Part shown: one piece after another, positions 1 to 10,111 of the stretch | Layout: every line of letters begins with the position of its first letter | Position numbering within the stretch: position 1 is the first letter of the stretch | Assembly: GCA_038104845.1 (NCBI GenBank) | Contig: JAYOBJ010000004.1 | Span: 14,129 to 78,128 of the forward strand | DNA from: Methanobacteriota archaeon | GTDB taxonomy: Archaea > Thermoplasmatota > Poseidoniia > Poseidoniales > Poseidoniaceae | Direction of reading: 5' to 3' | DNA: 64,000 nucleotides | Program-made: the position numbers and the translations under genes | Notes under the pieces: generated by a model | Database searches by the model: none | What the model saw: the letters and a program-made list of their open reading frames with translations, nothing else | Told to the model about the DNA's origin: nothing

Positions 1-8
1 AAGGTCGC

Positions 9-776
9 TTGAGGATGGAGCGCGGTTTGGTTCGTTTCGAGACGGGTGATCTGGAAGGTGCTGAGGCCGATTTGACGTGGGCCGAAACCCGATTGAACTC
101 CGTGGCCAAAGCGAGCCGGGACCACGACCTGGCGCTGCTGAACAAAGCAGCCTACCACTTGGCGTGCGGTGAAGATTTGATGGCCTTGCAGGTCTACGGC
201 GACATCTCGCGCACCGCTGGCCATGCTCACGAAACGATTGCCATCTCCCGCCTTGGTGCATCCCGCATTCGCCATCGCCTCGGGCATGCCTTCGACGCTG
301 CACGGCACGCTTGGAACGCCCACAAACATGCCATGCTGGCAGGCCAAACGCAGATGGCCATCGAAGGTGGTTCGTTGTTCCTCGACCTGGCCATTCATGC
401 ACGCACCGAGGGTGCACCCCCCATGCAAGAACAGGTGGCTGCAGCACAACCTGTGGACTTGGACGGCGACCGTCCTCAACTGCGGGTCAACGGTGACGAC
501 CTTGATGCGGTGTTTGCCTGGTGCGTGGAACACCTTGCGTCGGGGTTTGGTGGTCCAGAACGGCCGGACTTGAGGGCGATGCTCACCATTGCCCATCAAA
601 TGGGCCGCATGGATGCCTTCGACGCGCTCATGCAGCAACCCGATGAAGTCGATGACCCGATGCTGGCGGCGGTGGCACAGGCATGCGCCGAGGACGCTGC
701 TTCGACCGAACGCTGGGGGAGGCGGTTGGCGCAATTGACCTTGCTCGAGCCACCCTCATCGGACGAACAGCCGTGA
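9..776 (+). CDS. hypothetical helical protein, possibly 5'-truncated by the window edge
   Basis: Long ORF with no in-frame stop upstream of position 9; no recognised motif. Convergent with the NUDIX gene, overlapping it by about 20 nt. Confidence 0.45.
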   Translation: MRMERGLVRFETGDLEGAEADLTWAETRLNSVAKASRDHDLALLNKAAYHLACGEDLMALQVYGDISRTAGHAHETIAISRLGASRIRHRLGHAFDAARHAWNAHKHAMLAGQTQMAIEGGSLFLDLAIHARTEGAPPMQEQVAAAQPVDLDGDRPQLRVNGDDLDAVFAWCVEHLASGFGGPERPDLRAMLTIAHQMGRMDAFDALMQQPDEVDDPMLAAVAQACAEDAASTERWGRRLAQLTLLEPPSSDEQP

Positions 777-1151
777 TACATCATCGAATTCAGAAGGGTC
801 CCACTCGATGGTGGGCGGTGTTTGTGTCCACCATTGGACAGCCTCCACCTTGTTGTCGGGGACGGTCCATGCTTGACGATCGGTCACGGTCACTTCGACA
901 TGGCCCACCCATCCCGTTGGGTAATAGTCGGTGTTCCAGGCCACCAATCGTCCGGTCAGCCCGGTTTCCTCTTTCAATTCCCGCATCAACGCCACCTCAG
1001 GGTCTTCTCCGGGTTCGACGTGGCCCCCTGGCAATTCCCAGCCTCGTGTTGGATGCCGGACGAACGCCACCCTCACCCCTTCGCCAATGGGCGTGATTCG
1101 TTCGCCCACCGGCGTGACCCAGGCAAGCACGAACACCGGCGCTGCAGTCAT
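756..1151 (-). CDS. NUDIX hydrolase
   Basis: Nudix box [24 protein letters not shown] (GX5EX7REUXEEXGU pattern). Confidence 0.75.
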   Translation of the reverse strand: MTAAPVFVLAWVTPVGERITPIGEGVRVAFVRHPTRGWELPGGHVEPGEDPEVALMRELKEETGLTGRLVAWNTDYYPTGWVGHVEVTVTDRQAWTVPDNKVEAVQWWTQTPPTIEWDPSEFDDVSRLFVR

Positions 1152-1155
1152 GCAC

Positions 1156-2169
1156 TCACTCCAATGCGGTCTGGATGTCCTTAAGGTAGGCTTCAGCCCA
1201 AGCCTCGCCGCTCGCCACCAAACGCCGAGCGATGAAGAACGCCTTTTGCACGTCGCCTTGCTCGACCAGGGCCCTGAGTGCCGCTTCCTCGTTGTTTCCC
1301 GACGATCCGGTGGTGTCCTGTTCGTTGTCTTCGGGTTCCGGGGAAGTCGTCGTGCTCACGCGTTCGGTCAAGGCTTCCATGGACCTCAAGAAGGCTTCAC
1401 GACTCGCCACACTTGGGCCCGACCAGGGCACTTTTTCCTCACCGTCCATGTTGGCTTTGAGACGTTCCAAGAAACGGTCACGCTCCAACGTCTGTGGGCG
1501 GAGACGTTGCACATGGTCGTAACAAATCCACGCTTGGTCGGTTTCGGACCGCCGTTCGTGAAGGCGGCCCAACGCCATCCACAGTTCGTGGTTGGTCGGT
1601 CGGTGTGCCAACACGTGTTTGGCGAGGTCAAGGAACACATCGGTCTGGCCGTGCGATCGCAGGCGTTCCAACCGTCTTGAGAACACGATGTTGGCTCGCT
1701 GGTCACGGAAATCAAGCCGACGGCATCGCTGAGCAAACTGTTCAACCGTTTCCTGGGCGGGGGTGCCGTCGCCGTGGTGAACGGTGGACCACCATGCGTC
1801 TGGATCCAACGGGTCACGGACGAACGTGGCGTGAAGCAAGGATTGTCCGACCTCGGTCAAGTCCAACCCCGCCAATTGGTCGACCTGCTCAGGGTCCCGG
1901 CCAAGCACAGAAAAGACATCTTCGAGGAGGGCATGAAGGCCGGCTTCATCGTTGTTCAAGACCTTCAACTCTGCCAGCGCATGCCAGTTGCGCTCATCGG
2001 TGAAGTCATGGAGAATCGCTTGCCGTGCGTTTTGCTCCGCCCAAGCGAGGTTTTCCGAAGCCCGCTCGGGATCGGCTTTGGCCAACCGTGCAAATTTCAT
2101 TGCCGTGGTTCGGTAGCGATTCCCAAGGTTGCGCCGTGGATGCTGCAGCAATGAACGGCTGTCGTCCAT
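1156..2169 (-). CDS. hypothetical protein, alpha-helical and TPR-like
   Basis: 337-aa ORF in tandem with the NUDIX gene (5-nt spacing); no diagnostic motif recognised. Confidence 0.5.
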   Translation of the reverse strand: MDDSRSLLQHPRRNLGNRYRTTAMKFARLAKADPERASENLAWAEQNARQAILHDFTDERNWHALAELKVLNNDEAGLHALLEDVFSVLGRDPEQVDQLAGLDLTEVGQSLLHATFVRDPLDPDAWWSTVHHGDGTPAQETVEQFAQRCRRLDFRDQRANIVFSRRLERLRSHGQTDVFLDLAKHVLAHRPTNHELWMALGRLHERRSETDQAWICYDHVQRLRPQTLERDRFLERLKANMDGEEKVPWSGPSVASREAFLRSMEALTERVSTTTSPEPEDNEQDTTGSSGNNEEAALRALVEQGDVQKAFFIARRLVASGEAWAEAYLKDIQTALE

Positions 2170-2178
2170 GGCAAGCCC

Positions 2179-3450
2179 TCACTGTACCGAAATGAATCCA
2201 GACGGGTCGGCATCGGCGTCGATGGTGGCATCGTATCCAATTTTGGACGTCTTTCCATCGCTGTACCTCGATGGGTCGAGGGAACTGCCGCGCTGATTGC
2301 TCAGGATGACGGTGTCTTTGTCGGGTTGCCAACGCGTCATCATGGCCCATTCAACACGGACGGGGTCGGCGATGTCGATGTCCTCGTCCACGACGGTGAC
2401 GATTTTCATGCTCTTGTGGCCGTTGAATGCCGCATGAATGGCTTTGATGCCGTCATCGGCGTTTTGTTTCTTGATCTTCAGCACCGCCCCAAGCCAACCG
2501 CAACCACCCTCGGTCATGTGGACGTCGGTGCAGTTGACGACTTTGTTGACCGCTTCTTTGATGGTGGGTGCTCGCGGCAACCCCATCAAGGTCTTGTGCT
2601 CGGCCTCACCTGGAATCAACGCGTGGAAGATTGGGTCCTTTCGGTGCACCAAGCCATCCACCTCGATCACAGGCTCCTGGCGCACATCATCAACGGTGCC
2701 CGTGATGTCGACGTACGGTCCCTCGTCGTCGTTCTCCAACGTGATGCGTCCCCACCATACATATTCCGCATCGGCAGGGGCGTGGACGCCGTTTGGCATT
2801 TCAACAAGGTGCAACGGCGTCCCGTAAAGGCGTTCGTGGAGGGCTGCTGCGATGGTCAGCTCGTCGATGTTCTCGTTGAACGACATCGCCGCTGCGAGCA
2901 ACACGACGGGGTCGGGAGCATTGACAACGGCGACGTTGACTTCCTCGCCCGCTGCCCGGGCCTCATCCACCATCGTTCGCAGGTGGCGCGGGACCAGGCG
3001 AACGACGAGGTGATTCCCATCTCGCAAAAACTGACGGTGGAACGACACGTTGCGAACACCGTTCCGTTCAGCGATGATGATGCTGGCCGAGGAATAACGG
3101 CCTCGGTCCTGGGGCCAATGGTGTGGGATGGGGACGGTCGTCAAATCCACCGACTCGGGTTGATGCTCGAAACATGCGGCTTCCGAACGTTCGACAAGGA
3201 CCGGCGTCGAGGGGTGTTTCATGGCCCACCCCAGGGTGTCGATGTAGGCCTCTGGTTCAATGCCGATGGCGGCGCACAAGCGGTCGCGGGTGAGCATGTT
3301 GATGGCGGAGGCGTGGCCAGGGCACTCCACGATGTTCTCGAAGACCAGCATGCCGTGGCCGCTTGCTTTGGAGCGTTCCATCATCTCGTGGATGAGGCTG
3401 GTCGGGTCCGCCACACGTGTCGCTGCGCCAAGGTGGTCTCGAAACGCCAT
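2179..3450 (-). CDS. UbiD-family (prFMN-dependent) decarboxylase
   Basis: Full-length similarity to the 3-octaprenyl-4-hydroxybenzoate carboxy-lyase family (N-terminal DHLG...GMLVFENIVECPG region, C-terminal WAMMTRWQPDKD). Start set at the internal ATG (MAFRDHL); the ORF extends to a TTG at 3537. Confidence 0.8.
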   Translation of the reverse strand: MAFRDHLGAATRVADPTSLIHEMMERSKASGHGMLVFENIVECPGHASAINMLTRDRLCAAIGIEPEAYIDTLGWAMKHPSTPVLVERSEAACFEHQPESVDLTTVPIPHHWPQDRGRYSSASIIIAERNGVRNVSFHRQFLRDGNHLVVRLVPRHLRTMVDEARAAGEEVNVAVVNAPDPVVLLAAAMSFNENIDELTIAAALHERLYGTPLHLVEMPNGVHAPADAEYVWWGRITLENDDEGPYVDITGTVDDVRQEPVIEVDGLVHRKDPIFHALIPGEAEHKTLMGLPRAPTIKEAVNKVVNCTDVHMTEGGCGWLGAVLKIKKQNADDGIKAIHAAFNGHKSMKIVTVVDEDIDIADPVRVEWAMMTRWQPDKDTVILSNQRGSSLDPSRYSDGKTSKIGYDATIDADADPSGFISVQ

Positions 3451-3561
3451 GTTGCATCGTGTCGGAACCGTCAATTGAATGTTGTTCAACCAACGCACAC
3501 GGGCAGTGCCAACGTTTCCGTCTTTTTCGCCTCGCAAAGGAGTGGACTGTGAGGGATTTGA

Positions 3562-3568
3562 TTAAATA
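3562..3568 (+). promoter_or_regulatory. putative TATA box (TTAAATA) for the rps12-rps7-aEF2 operon
   Basis: AT-rich TTAAATA about 35-40 nt upstream of the rps12 start, followed by a GAGGTG Shine-Dalgarno-like element. Confidence 0.35.
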
Positions 3569-3603
3569 GGGGGGGTCAGTCGGCAACCTGCTTCAATGAG
3601 GTG

Positions 3604-4038
3604 ATGATGATGGGACGAGGACTCTTCGCCGGCGCTAAAATGGCCAAAGACCGTCAAAAATTCCGATGGTCCGACCGCCGCTACAAGAAGCGGATGCTCA
3701 AGTCCCGTGCCAAGCACGACCCGCTTGCTGGTTCGACGCAAGCCAAGGGCATCGTTGTCGAGAAGGTCGGCATCGAGGCCAAGCAACCCAACTCGGGCAT
3801 TCGAAAGGCCGTCAAGATCTCGCTCATCAAGAACGGCAACAAGCTCACGGCCTTCGCCCCCGGTGACGGCGCCATCAACTTCATCGACGAACACGATGAG
3901 GTCATGGTCGAAGGTATCGGTGGCCGCATGGGACGTTCGTACGGTGACATTCCCGGTGTCCGCTACAAGGTGATTCAAGTCAACGGCGTGTCCCTTGACG
4001 AAATGGTTCGAGGCCGAAAGGAGAAGCCCGTCCGCTGA
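3604..4038 (+). CDS. rps12: 30S ribosomal protein S12 (uS12)
   Basis: [16 protein letters not shown]...[29 protein letters not shown] is the archaeal/eukaryotic S12/S23e signature. ATG run follows a GTG at 3601. Confidence 0.95.
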   Translation: MMMGRGLFAGAKMAKDRQKFRWSDRRYKKRMLKSRAKHDPLAGSTQAKGIVVEKVGIEAKQPNSGIRKAVKISLIKNGNKLTAFAPGDGAINFIDEHDEVMVEGIGGRMGRSYGDIPGVRYKVIQVNGVSLDEMVRGRKEKPVR

Positions 4039-4048
4039 GGTGAACATC

Positions 4049-4663
4049 ATGAGCGACGCAGAGATCATCGAAGAAGAAACCGTGAAGCCCATCGCTGGCA
4101 TCGGCACCAAGGTGTTCGGCAAGTGGGACGCTTCCGAAGTCACCTGCGCCGACCCCGGCTTGGCGCCGTACATCAACCTCACCACGGTGGGTGTCCCACA
4201 CACCGGTGGGCGCCACGCGAACGCTTGGTTCGGCAAGGCCAAACTCTCCGTCGTGGAGCGCTACATCAACAAACTCATGCGCACCGGTTCCTACACCGGT
4301 AAGAAAATGGGTGCCATGAAAGCGTTCGAAGGGGCCCTCGACAACATTGCCGAACGCTCCGGCGAAAACCCCCTCCAGGTGTTCGTTGATGCCATTTGCA
4401 ACGCCGCCCCCATGGAAGAGATCACCCGAATCAAGTTCGGTGCCGTCTCTCAACCCAAGGCCGTTGACTCCTCGCCCTCTCGCCGTCTTGACGTGGCCCT
4501 GGCCAACCTGGCCAAGGGCGCACAGCAAGGCACTCACAAGTCCAAGCGGACGCTCCAAAGCTGCATCATCAACGAACTGAACAAAGCCAGTCAGGGTGAT
4601 GTGACTTCGTACGCCGTGAGCAAGAAGGAAGAACTGGAGCGCATCGCCGCCTCTGCCCGTTGA
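4049..4663 (+). CDS. rps7: 30S ribosomal protein S7 (uS7)
   Basis: Archaeal S7/S5e-type sequence (VERYINKLMRTGSYTGKK...). Start at the internal ATG (MSDAEII), 11 nt after the rps12 stop. Confidence 0.95.
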   Translation: MSDAEIIEEETVKPIAGIGTKVFGKWDASEVTCADPGLAPYINLTTVGVPHTGGRHANAWFGKAKLSVVERYINKLMRTGSYTGKKMGAMKAFEGALDNIAERSGENPLQVFVDAICNAAPMEEITRIKFGAVSQPKAVDSSPSRRLDVALANLAKGAQQGTHKSKRTLQSCIINELNKASQGDVTSYAVSKKEELERIAASAR

Positions 4664-4788
4664 AGTTCCTTCGAACGGGTGTTTGGACGCCGAGGCGTCC
4701 ATCGTTTTGCTTCAACCGCAATGCACTCTTTGCGAGTCACTTAAGAACCCCTTTCCGGTGGGCCCAAACACACTGAACGGTGGTTAAC

Positions 4789-6996
4789 ATGGGTCGCAAA
4801 GAAGACAACATCAAGAAAGCAACCGAAGTGATGCACGTCCTCCCACAAATTCGGAATTTGTGCATCGCCGCTCACATCGATCACGGGAAGACGACCTTGT
4901 CCGACAACCTCATCGCCGGTGCCGGCATGATGTCCAACGAATTGGCCGGTGCAGCCCGTGTCCTGGACTTTGACGAGCAGGAGTCGGCTCGTGGCATCAC
5001 CATCAACGCCGCCTCCGCTTCGATGGTTCACGCCGTGGAAGGCACGGACTACCTCATCAACCTCATCGATACCCCGGGTCACGTTGACTTCGGTGGCGAC
5101 GTGACACGCGCCATGCGTGCGGTTGACGGCTGTTTCATCTTGGCCTGTGCGGTCGAGGGCCCCATGCCACAAACCGAAACCGTGGTGCGTCAAGCCTTGA
5201 AGGAGAAGGTGAAGCCGGTCTTGTTCATCAACAAGGTCGACCGCCTCATCAACGAACTTCAGGTCACTCCAGAGGACATGATGGCCCGGTTCACCGAGAC
5301 CATCAAGAAGGTCAACAAACTCATCAAGCAGTTTGCTCCTGAAAACAAGAAGAAGGAATGGCAAGTCTCCGTTCAGGACGGCACGGTCGCCTTCGGCTCC
5401 GCTTACCACAACTGGGGAATCACCGTCCCCTACATGGCTAAATCCGGCATTTCCTTCAAGGAAATTTTCGAGTACTGCAACAACGAGGACCAGCGCACCC
5501 TCGCCCAAAAGGCGCCCGTGCACGAAGTCCTGCTGGACATGGCCGTGACCAAACTCCCCGGCCCCATCGAAGCCCAGAAGTACCGCATCCCCAACATTTG
5601 GACCGGTGACCTTGAGTCCGAGATTGGCCAAGCCATGATCAACTGCAATCCCGAGGCCGAACTCGCCATGATGGTCACGAAGATTTGGATGGACCCCCAC
5701 GCCGGTGAAGTGGCTGTGGGCCGAGTCTATTCCGGTGCCATCAACCAAGGTGAATCGGTGTACGCCATTGGTGCAGCCAAGCCTGAGCGCGTTCAACAGG
5801 TCGCCATGATGGTCGGCGGCGACCGCATCACCGTCCCCAAGGTCGTCGCAGGGAACATCGCCGCCGTGACGGGCATCCGCTCCGCCGCTGCCGGTGTGAC
5901 GCTGTCCCGTGCCAAGGACTTCACCCCCTTCGAAGCCATCCGCCACTACTCGGACCCTGTGGTTACGGTGGCTGTTGAGCCCAAGAGCATGAAGGACCTG
6001 CCCAAGTTCATCGACGCGCTTCGCTCTCTGGCCAAGGCCGATGCCTCCCTTCAGGTGACCACCAACCAGGAAACCGGTGAAGCGCTGCTCGCCGGTATGG
6101 GTGAACTCCACTTGGAAATCACCGTCTACCGCATCGAGGAAGAGCAGAACATCAAGGTCAAGGTCAGCCCGCCCATCGTCGTTTACCGTGAAGGTATCCA
6201 GGGCAGCAACCGTGGCAACGCCTTCGAAGGCAAGTCCCCCAACCGTCACAACCGTTTCTTCTTCGAGATTGAGGCCCTCCCCGCTGAAGTTGTCGCTGCG
6301 CTCCGTGCCGGTGAACTCGGTGACGGTCCTGTTCGCAACTCGGATGCCAAGGAAGTGGGCAACAAGTTCGGCGAGCACGGCATGGACAAGGACGTCATGC
6401 GCAAGATCTACGCCATCAACGGCACCAACGTGCTGGTCAACGACACCAAGGGTATCCAAAACCTCCACGAGACCCGTGAACTGATCATTGAAGCGTTCAA
6501 CGAAGTGTGCGTGAAGGGCCCCATCGCAGACGAACCCGTCCAGGGCATGTTTGTCCGCTTGGTGGACGCCAAGCTCCACGAAGACGCCATCCACCGCGGT
6601 CCAGCCCAAACCATTCCGGCTGTTCGCAACGGCATCAAGGGCGCCATGCTACGAGCCCGCACCGTGTTGCTCGAGCCCATGCAGAAGGCGTTCATTTCGG
6701 TCCCCAACGATTGGTTGGGTCAAGTCACCCGTGAAGTGACGACCCGCCGTGGCATCATCGAAGACATGCCCTCGGAAGGCAGCGTCACCACTGTGGTCGG
6801 TGTCATCCCCATCGCTGAAACCTTCGGGTTCTCCAACGACATTCGCGCTGCCTCCCAAGGTCGTGCTGTGTGGAACACGGAGAACCTCGGTTTCGAAATT
6901 TTGCCACCTCAACTCTTCGACAAAGTGGTTGGTGAAATCCGGACCCGCAAGGGCTTGAAGCCAGAACCCAACCCCGAATCCTACTATGCCGAGTGA
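4789..6996 (+). CDS. fusA: translation elongation factor 2 (aEF-2)
   Basis: GTPase motifs AHIDHGKTT, DTPGH and NKVDR; full-length archaeal EF-2 architecture. Start at MGRKEDN (GTG alternative at 4780). Confidence 0.95.
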   Translation: MGRKEDNIKKATEVMHVLPQIRNLCIAAHIDHGKTTLSDNLIAGAGMMSNELAGAARVLDFDEQESARGITINAASASMVHAVEGTDYLINLIDTPGHVDFGGDVTRAMRAVDGCFILACAVEGPMPQTETVVRQALKEKVKPVLFINKVDRLINELQVTPEDMMARFTETIKKVNKLIKQFAPENKKKEWQVSVQDGTVAFGSAYHNWGITVPYMAKSGISFKEIFEYCNNEDQRTLAQKAPVHEVLLDMAVTKLPGPIEAQKYRIPNIWTGDLESEIGQAMINCNPEAELAMMVTKIWMDPHAGEVAVGRVYSGAINQGESVYAIGAAKPERVQQVAMMVGGDRITVPKVVAGNIAAVTGIRSAAAGVTLSRAKDFTPFEAIRHYSDPVVTVAVEPKSMKDLPKFIDALRSLAKADASLQVTTNQETGEALLAGMGELHLEITVYRIEEEQNIKVKVSPPIVVYREGIQGSNRGNAFEGKSPNRHNRFFFEIEALPAEVVAALRAGELGDGPVRNSDAKEVGNKFGEHGMDKDVMRKIYAINGTNVLVNDTKGIQNLHETRELIIEAFNEVCVKGPIADEPVQGMFVRLVDAKLHEDAIHRGPAQTIPAVRNGIKGAMLRARTVLLEPMQKAFISVPNDWLGQVTREVTTRRGIIEDMPSEGSVTTVVGVIPIAETFGFSNDIRAASQGRAVWNTENLGFEILPPQLFDKVVGEIRTRKGLKPEPNPESYYAE

Positions 6997-7468
6997 TCCG
7001 TTCACCGGTGTCGTGGTCGGGCTGCACGTCAACCCCAACGGCGGGGTGCCCAAGCACCCCGTGGCAACCCTTCGGGTCCATTCCGAGGGTTGCGATGGAG
7101 ACCGCCAGAACGACCGCCGTCACCACGGTGGTCCCGACCGAGCGGTTTGCCTCATGGCGGAAGAAATCTTGACGGAATTGATCGCTGACGGTCATCCCAT
7201 TCATCCGGGGTCAACGGGTGAAAACGTGCTGATCTCCGGGATTGAACCCACGGCGTATGCACCGGGCGTCCACTTGAACTTTGAAAGCGGTGTGGTGCTG
7301 GAAATCACGACGGATGCCCCCCCTTGCGCCACCATTTCTGCATCGTTCATTGACGGCAGGTTCCACGCGCTGTCCCACAAACGGCAGGTGGCCGTCACCC
7401 GCTGGTACGCTCGGGTGGTCGAGGAAGGGAACCTGTCGTTGGGTCAGTCGGTCTTGCATTCTCAATGA
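6986..7468 (+). CDS. MOSC-domain protein (YiiM-like)
   Basis: MOSC-type beta-barrel motifs (GDRQNDRRHHGGPDRAVCL...GENVLISG). Overlaps the aEF-2 stop by 11 nt. Confidence 0.7.
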   Translation: MPSDPFTGVVVGLHVNPNGGVPKHPVATLRVHSEGCDGDRQNDRRHHGGPDRAVCLMAEEILTELIADGHPIHPGSTGENVLISGIEPTAYAPGVHLNFESGVVLEITTDAPPCATISASFIDGRFHALSHKRQVAVTRWYARVVEEGNLSLGQSVLHSQ

Positions 7469-9213
7469 AGACGGGCGAGTTGGAAATCCGTGAGTTCACG
7501 CAGAGCACGCAAGGCAGGGGTTTTGGGGAGCCGGTCCAGGCATTCATGGGCTTCTTGATGAAACGCTTCGGCACGTGAGCGAGCGTAGCCGATGGAACCG
7601 AGTTCATCCAAGGCCTGAAGGGCGGACTTGAGGACCTTGGGGTCAACGTTGTCACCGTGACCCAAGGCGGCGAGCAAGCGATCCTTCGCCGGCTGATCGG
7701 TTTGAGCAAGCGCATGAATGATCATCAACGTGCGCTTCCCTTGGGCCACATCGGAGCCTGCGGGTTTCCCCAAGGTGTCCGAATCCGAGAGCACATCGAT
7801 GAGGTCGTCCATCAGTTGGAAACACAAGCCAACAGCGAGCCCCCACTGAGCCATCAAGGCAATGACATCCTCGTCGGCCCCAGAGATGCGTGCGCCGATT
7901 TCAGCGCAGGTCAGGAACATCACGGCGGTTTTCCCTTCGATCATCTGAAGGTAGTCGGCTTCGTCCACGTCGAGCCGTTCTTCAAATTCGATGTCCATTT
8001 GCTGACCCTCACTGACCCTTCGAACCATCCACGCGATTCGGTTGACAAGTGGCGCCACGTCCTCTGGTTCGAGGTTCTCAGCCTGAACCAAGCGCTCAAA
8101 CGCAATCGCCAGCATGGCGTCGCCTGCATTGATGGCGGTCGGCATCCCGTACTCGATGTGGACGGCATTGCGCCCCCTTCGAAGTTCATCGTCGTCCATG
8201 ATATCGTCGTGGACCAGCGTAAAATTGTGCACGGTTTCAATGGCTGCACCGATGTCCAACAGCCCCGAATGGGTGTCACCGACGGCTTTGGCCACCAGCC
8301 ATGGTAAGGTCGCTCTCATGCGTTTTCCACCGCCTTCGATGAGGTGCATCATGGCTCGGCCAAGTCGCTCGTGTTGCGAGGCTTTGAGGCTGGATTCAAT
8401 CCGCCACTCGACCAAGGACTTGACCTCCCTGATGGACGTGAGAAGGTCGGCACCGACGGCGTCCGGGAGCATGTGGCTGACATCACCCATGTCGTGGATG
8501 AGGTCGTCCGACAACGCCTTGCTCGCTTCCACCTCCCCACAAGCATCCCACCATGCCTCGGTCATGATCCTCGCTGCAATGCAACGGAACCAAGGCGCGA
8601 CCACTTCACCGGGGGACGGTTCCGCCAACAGCATCGCTTCAAGTTCATCGTACGTGACCCATCGGGTGTCGGCCACCTCGTTGGGGTTTGGGTTCACCTG
8701 AAGGTCGGCTTTCATCACGAGAATGTGGTCCAGTTCACGTTCAATCCACGTTTCGTTCATCCGAGCAGCGTAACGCATTTTCGTCATGAACACCATGTCC
8801 TCCATCTTCAGGTGCTCCGGGTCGACGCCCAGTTCCTGTTCCATTTTTCGCACGGCGGCTCGCTTGACACCCATGGCGTTTTCCACATCAAGTTCCCCTT
8901 TGTCGTGGAGTGGATGGGAGCAACAGGTGTTGGCCCACACGCCTGGAAAGGTAACTTTGTCCTCCGACCGTTGTTGCAACAACAGTCGGTGTTGACTGTC
9001 AAAAACGAGCAAACTGAACGCCCGGTGAAATTGACCCTGTCCGCGGTGGGCTTCCACCTTGGATACCGGGCCCAAGACATTGTCCCATTCGTCAACGGCG
9101 ATCAGCGATTCCGCCATCAACGCTGCTTGATGCCGATCGTGGCCCTCGAGCTGCGAGCGTTCTTCATCGCTCAGCACGGTGTGCGGCACATCTTGGATTC
9201 CATAGCCTCCCAT
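7462..9213 (-). CDS. idi-ggps: bifunctional type-1 isopentenyl-diphosphate isomerase / geranylgeranyl-diphosphate synthase (fusion)
   Basis: N-terminal half is eukaryote-like type-1 IDI (HRAFSLLVFDSQHRLLLQQRSEDKVTFPGVWANTCCSHPL). C-terminal half is a trans-prenyltransferase with FARM LVHDDIMDDDELRRG (Phe at -5, short-chain type) and SARM FQLMDDLIDV. Start placed at internal ATG (MGGYGIQ); the ORF extends to 9318 and would then overlap IPK. Confidence 0.85.
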   Translation of the reverse strand: MGGYGIQDVPHTVLSDEERSQLEGHDRHQAALMAESLIAVDEWDNVLGPVSKVEAHRGQGQFHRAFSLLVFDSQHRLLLQQRSEDKVTFPGVWANTCCSHPLHDKGELDVENAMGVKRAAVRKMEQELGVDPEHLKMEDMVFMTKMRYAARMNETWIERELDHILVMKADLQVNPNPNEVADTRWVTYDELEAMLLAEPSPGEVVAPWFRCIAARIMTEAWWDACGEVEASKALSDDLIHDMGDVSHMLPDAVGADLLTSIREVKSLVEWRIESSLKASQHERLGRAMMHLIEGGGKRMRATLPWLVAKAVGDTHSGLLDIGAAIETVHNFTLVHDDIMDDDELRRGRNAVHIEYGMPTAINAGDAMLAIAFERLVQAENLEPEDVAPLVNRIAWMVRRVSEGQQMDIEFEERLDVDEADYLQMIEGKTAVMFLTCAEIGARISGADEDVIALMAQWGLAVGLCFQLMDDLIDVLSDSDTLGKPAGSDVAQGKRTLMIIHALAQTDQPAKDRLLAALGHGDNVDPKVLKSALQALDELGSIGYARSRAEAFHQEAHECLDRLPKTPALRALRELTDFQLARLH

Positions 9214-9271
9214 GGTCACGCCCCCTCCAAGGTCAGCGCGGCGGCTACATGAACAGTTCCACGGCGGTCGG

Positions 9272-10087
9272 TCAACGCTCGTCCGCCAGCAACGACGTTC
9301 CCACCACACTTTTGCCAAGGCAGGCGTCTGTAAGCCGGCCGCGAACCTCGCCGTTCACCAAGATGACCTCGCAACCGTCGCGAGCCGCCTCAAACCCTCG
9401 ATGCACCTTCAAACCAATGCCACCCGTGACGTCCATGTAGGCGGCGTGTTCCCCTTCAAACGCAGTGGATGGGGTCAGCACCTCGATCAGGTCTTGCTCA
9501 AATCCATCCACCGGTGGCGAGCGCAACACGCCATCAACCCCGCCCATGGCGAACACCACACGGGTCACGCGTTCCACCTCCTTGGCCAAGCGAGCCACGA
9601 GGTCATCCCCGGACAGGATGCCGAAGTCGCGGGGCGGTTCGCACGGCACAACATCGCCGTACGTCACCACGACGATGCCGTGGGGTGCCGTTCGAAAGAC
9701 CTCCAAATCGGCGCCGAAATTCAGCCCTGTTCCGTTGACCCAGCGGTGAGGAGACCACCGCACGGCGCTGACATCGTGTGCCGTGAGGGCGTCCATGACG
9801 CGATCGTTGAGTTCCAACATGTCCTGCTGAACGGCTTTGACCGCATCACCTTGCGTCATGTTGCCGTCGGTGAATCCATCGATGTGACCTTCTGCGAGCC
9901 GGTATTGTTTCGCTTTCAAATGACCAAACGAACCCGCTCCATGAACCAAGAGCACGTCGACGCCGTTGTTGATGACGGTCCGCAGTTCTTCAGCGAGGGC
10001 ATCAATGACCTGATCATTGACGGTTTTCATGGTGGATTTGTTGGTGATCAAACCCCCTCCCCATTTCACCACCACGCACGGTCGCAT
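9272..10087 (-). CDS. ipk: isopentenyl phosphate kinase (amino-acid-kinase fold)
   Basis: VVKWGGGLITNK glycine-rich loop, LVHGAGSFGH and the overall AAK fold typical of archaeal IPK. Confidence 0.85.
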   Translation of the reverse strand: MRPCVVVKWGGGLITNKSTMKTVNDQVIDALAEELRTVINNGVDVLLVHGAGSFGHLKAKQYRLAEGHIDGFTDGNMTQGDAVKAVQQDMLELNDRVMDALTAHDVSAVRWSPHRWVNGTGLNFGADLEVFRTAPHGIVVVTYGDVVPCEPPRDFGILSGDDLVARLAKEVERVTRVVFAMGGVDGVLRSPPVDGFEQDLIEVLTPSTAFEGEHAAYMDVTGGIGLKVHRGFEAARDGCEVILVNGEVRGRLTDACLGKSVVGTSLLADER

Positions 10088-10111
10088 GGCTTGAGCAACA
10101 GGACAACGGCC

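Noticed and set aside
4741-6609. 622-aa minus-strand ORF spanning the aEF-2 gene
   Set aside because: Antisense to a strongly supported EF-2 frame. Composition-driven open frame (Gly/Val/Asp-rich, no motifs).
8344-9252. 302-aa plus-strand ORF inside the IDI-GGPPS gene
   Set aside because: Antisense shadow ORF in high-GC DNA. The minus-strand frame carries unmistakable IDI and prenyltransferase motifs, and the plus frame has none.
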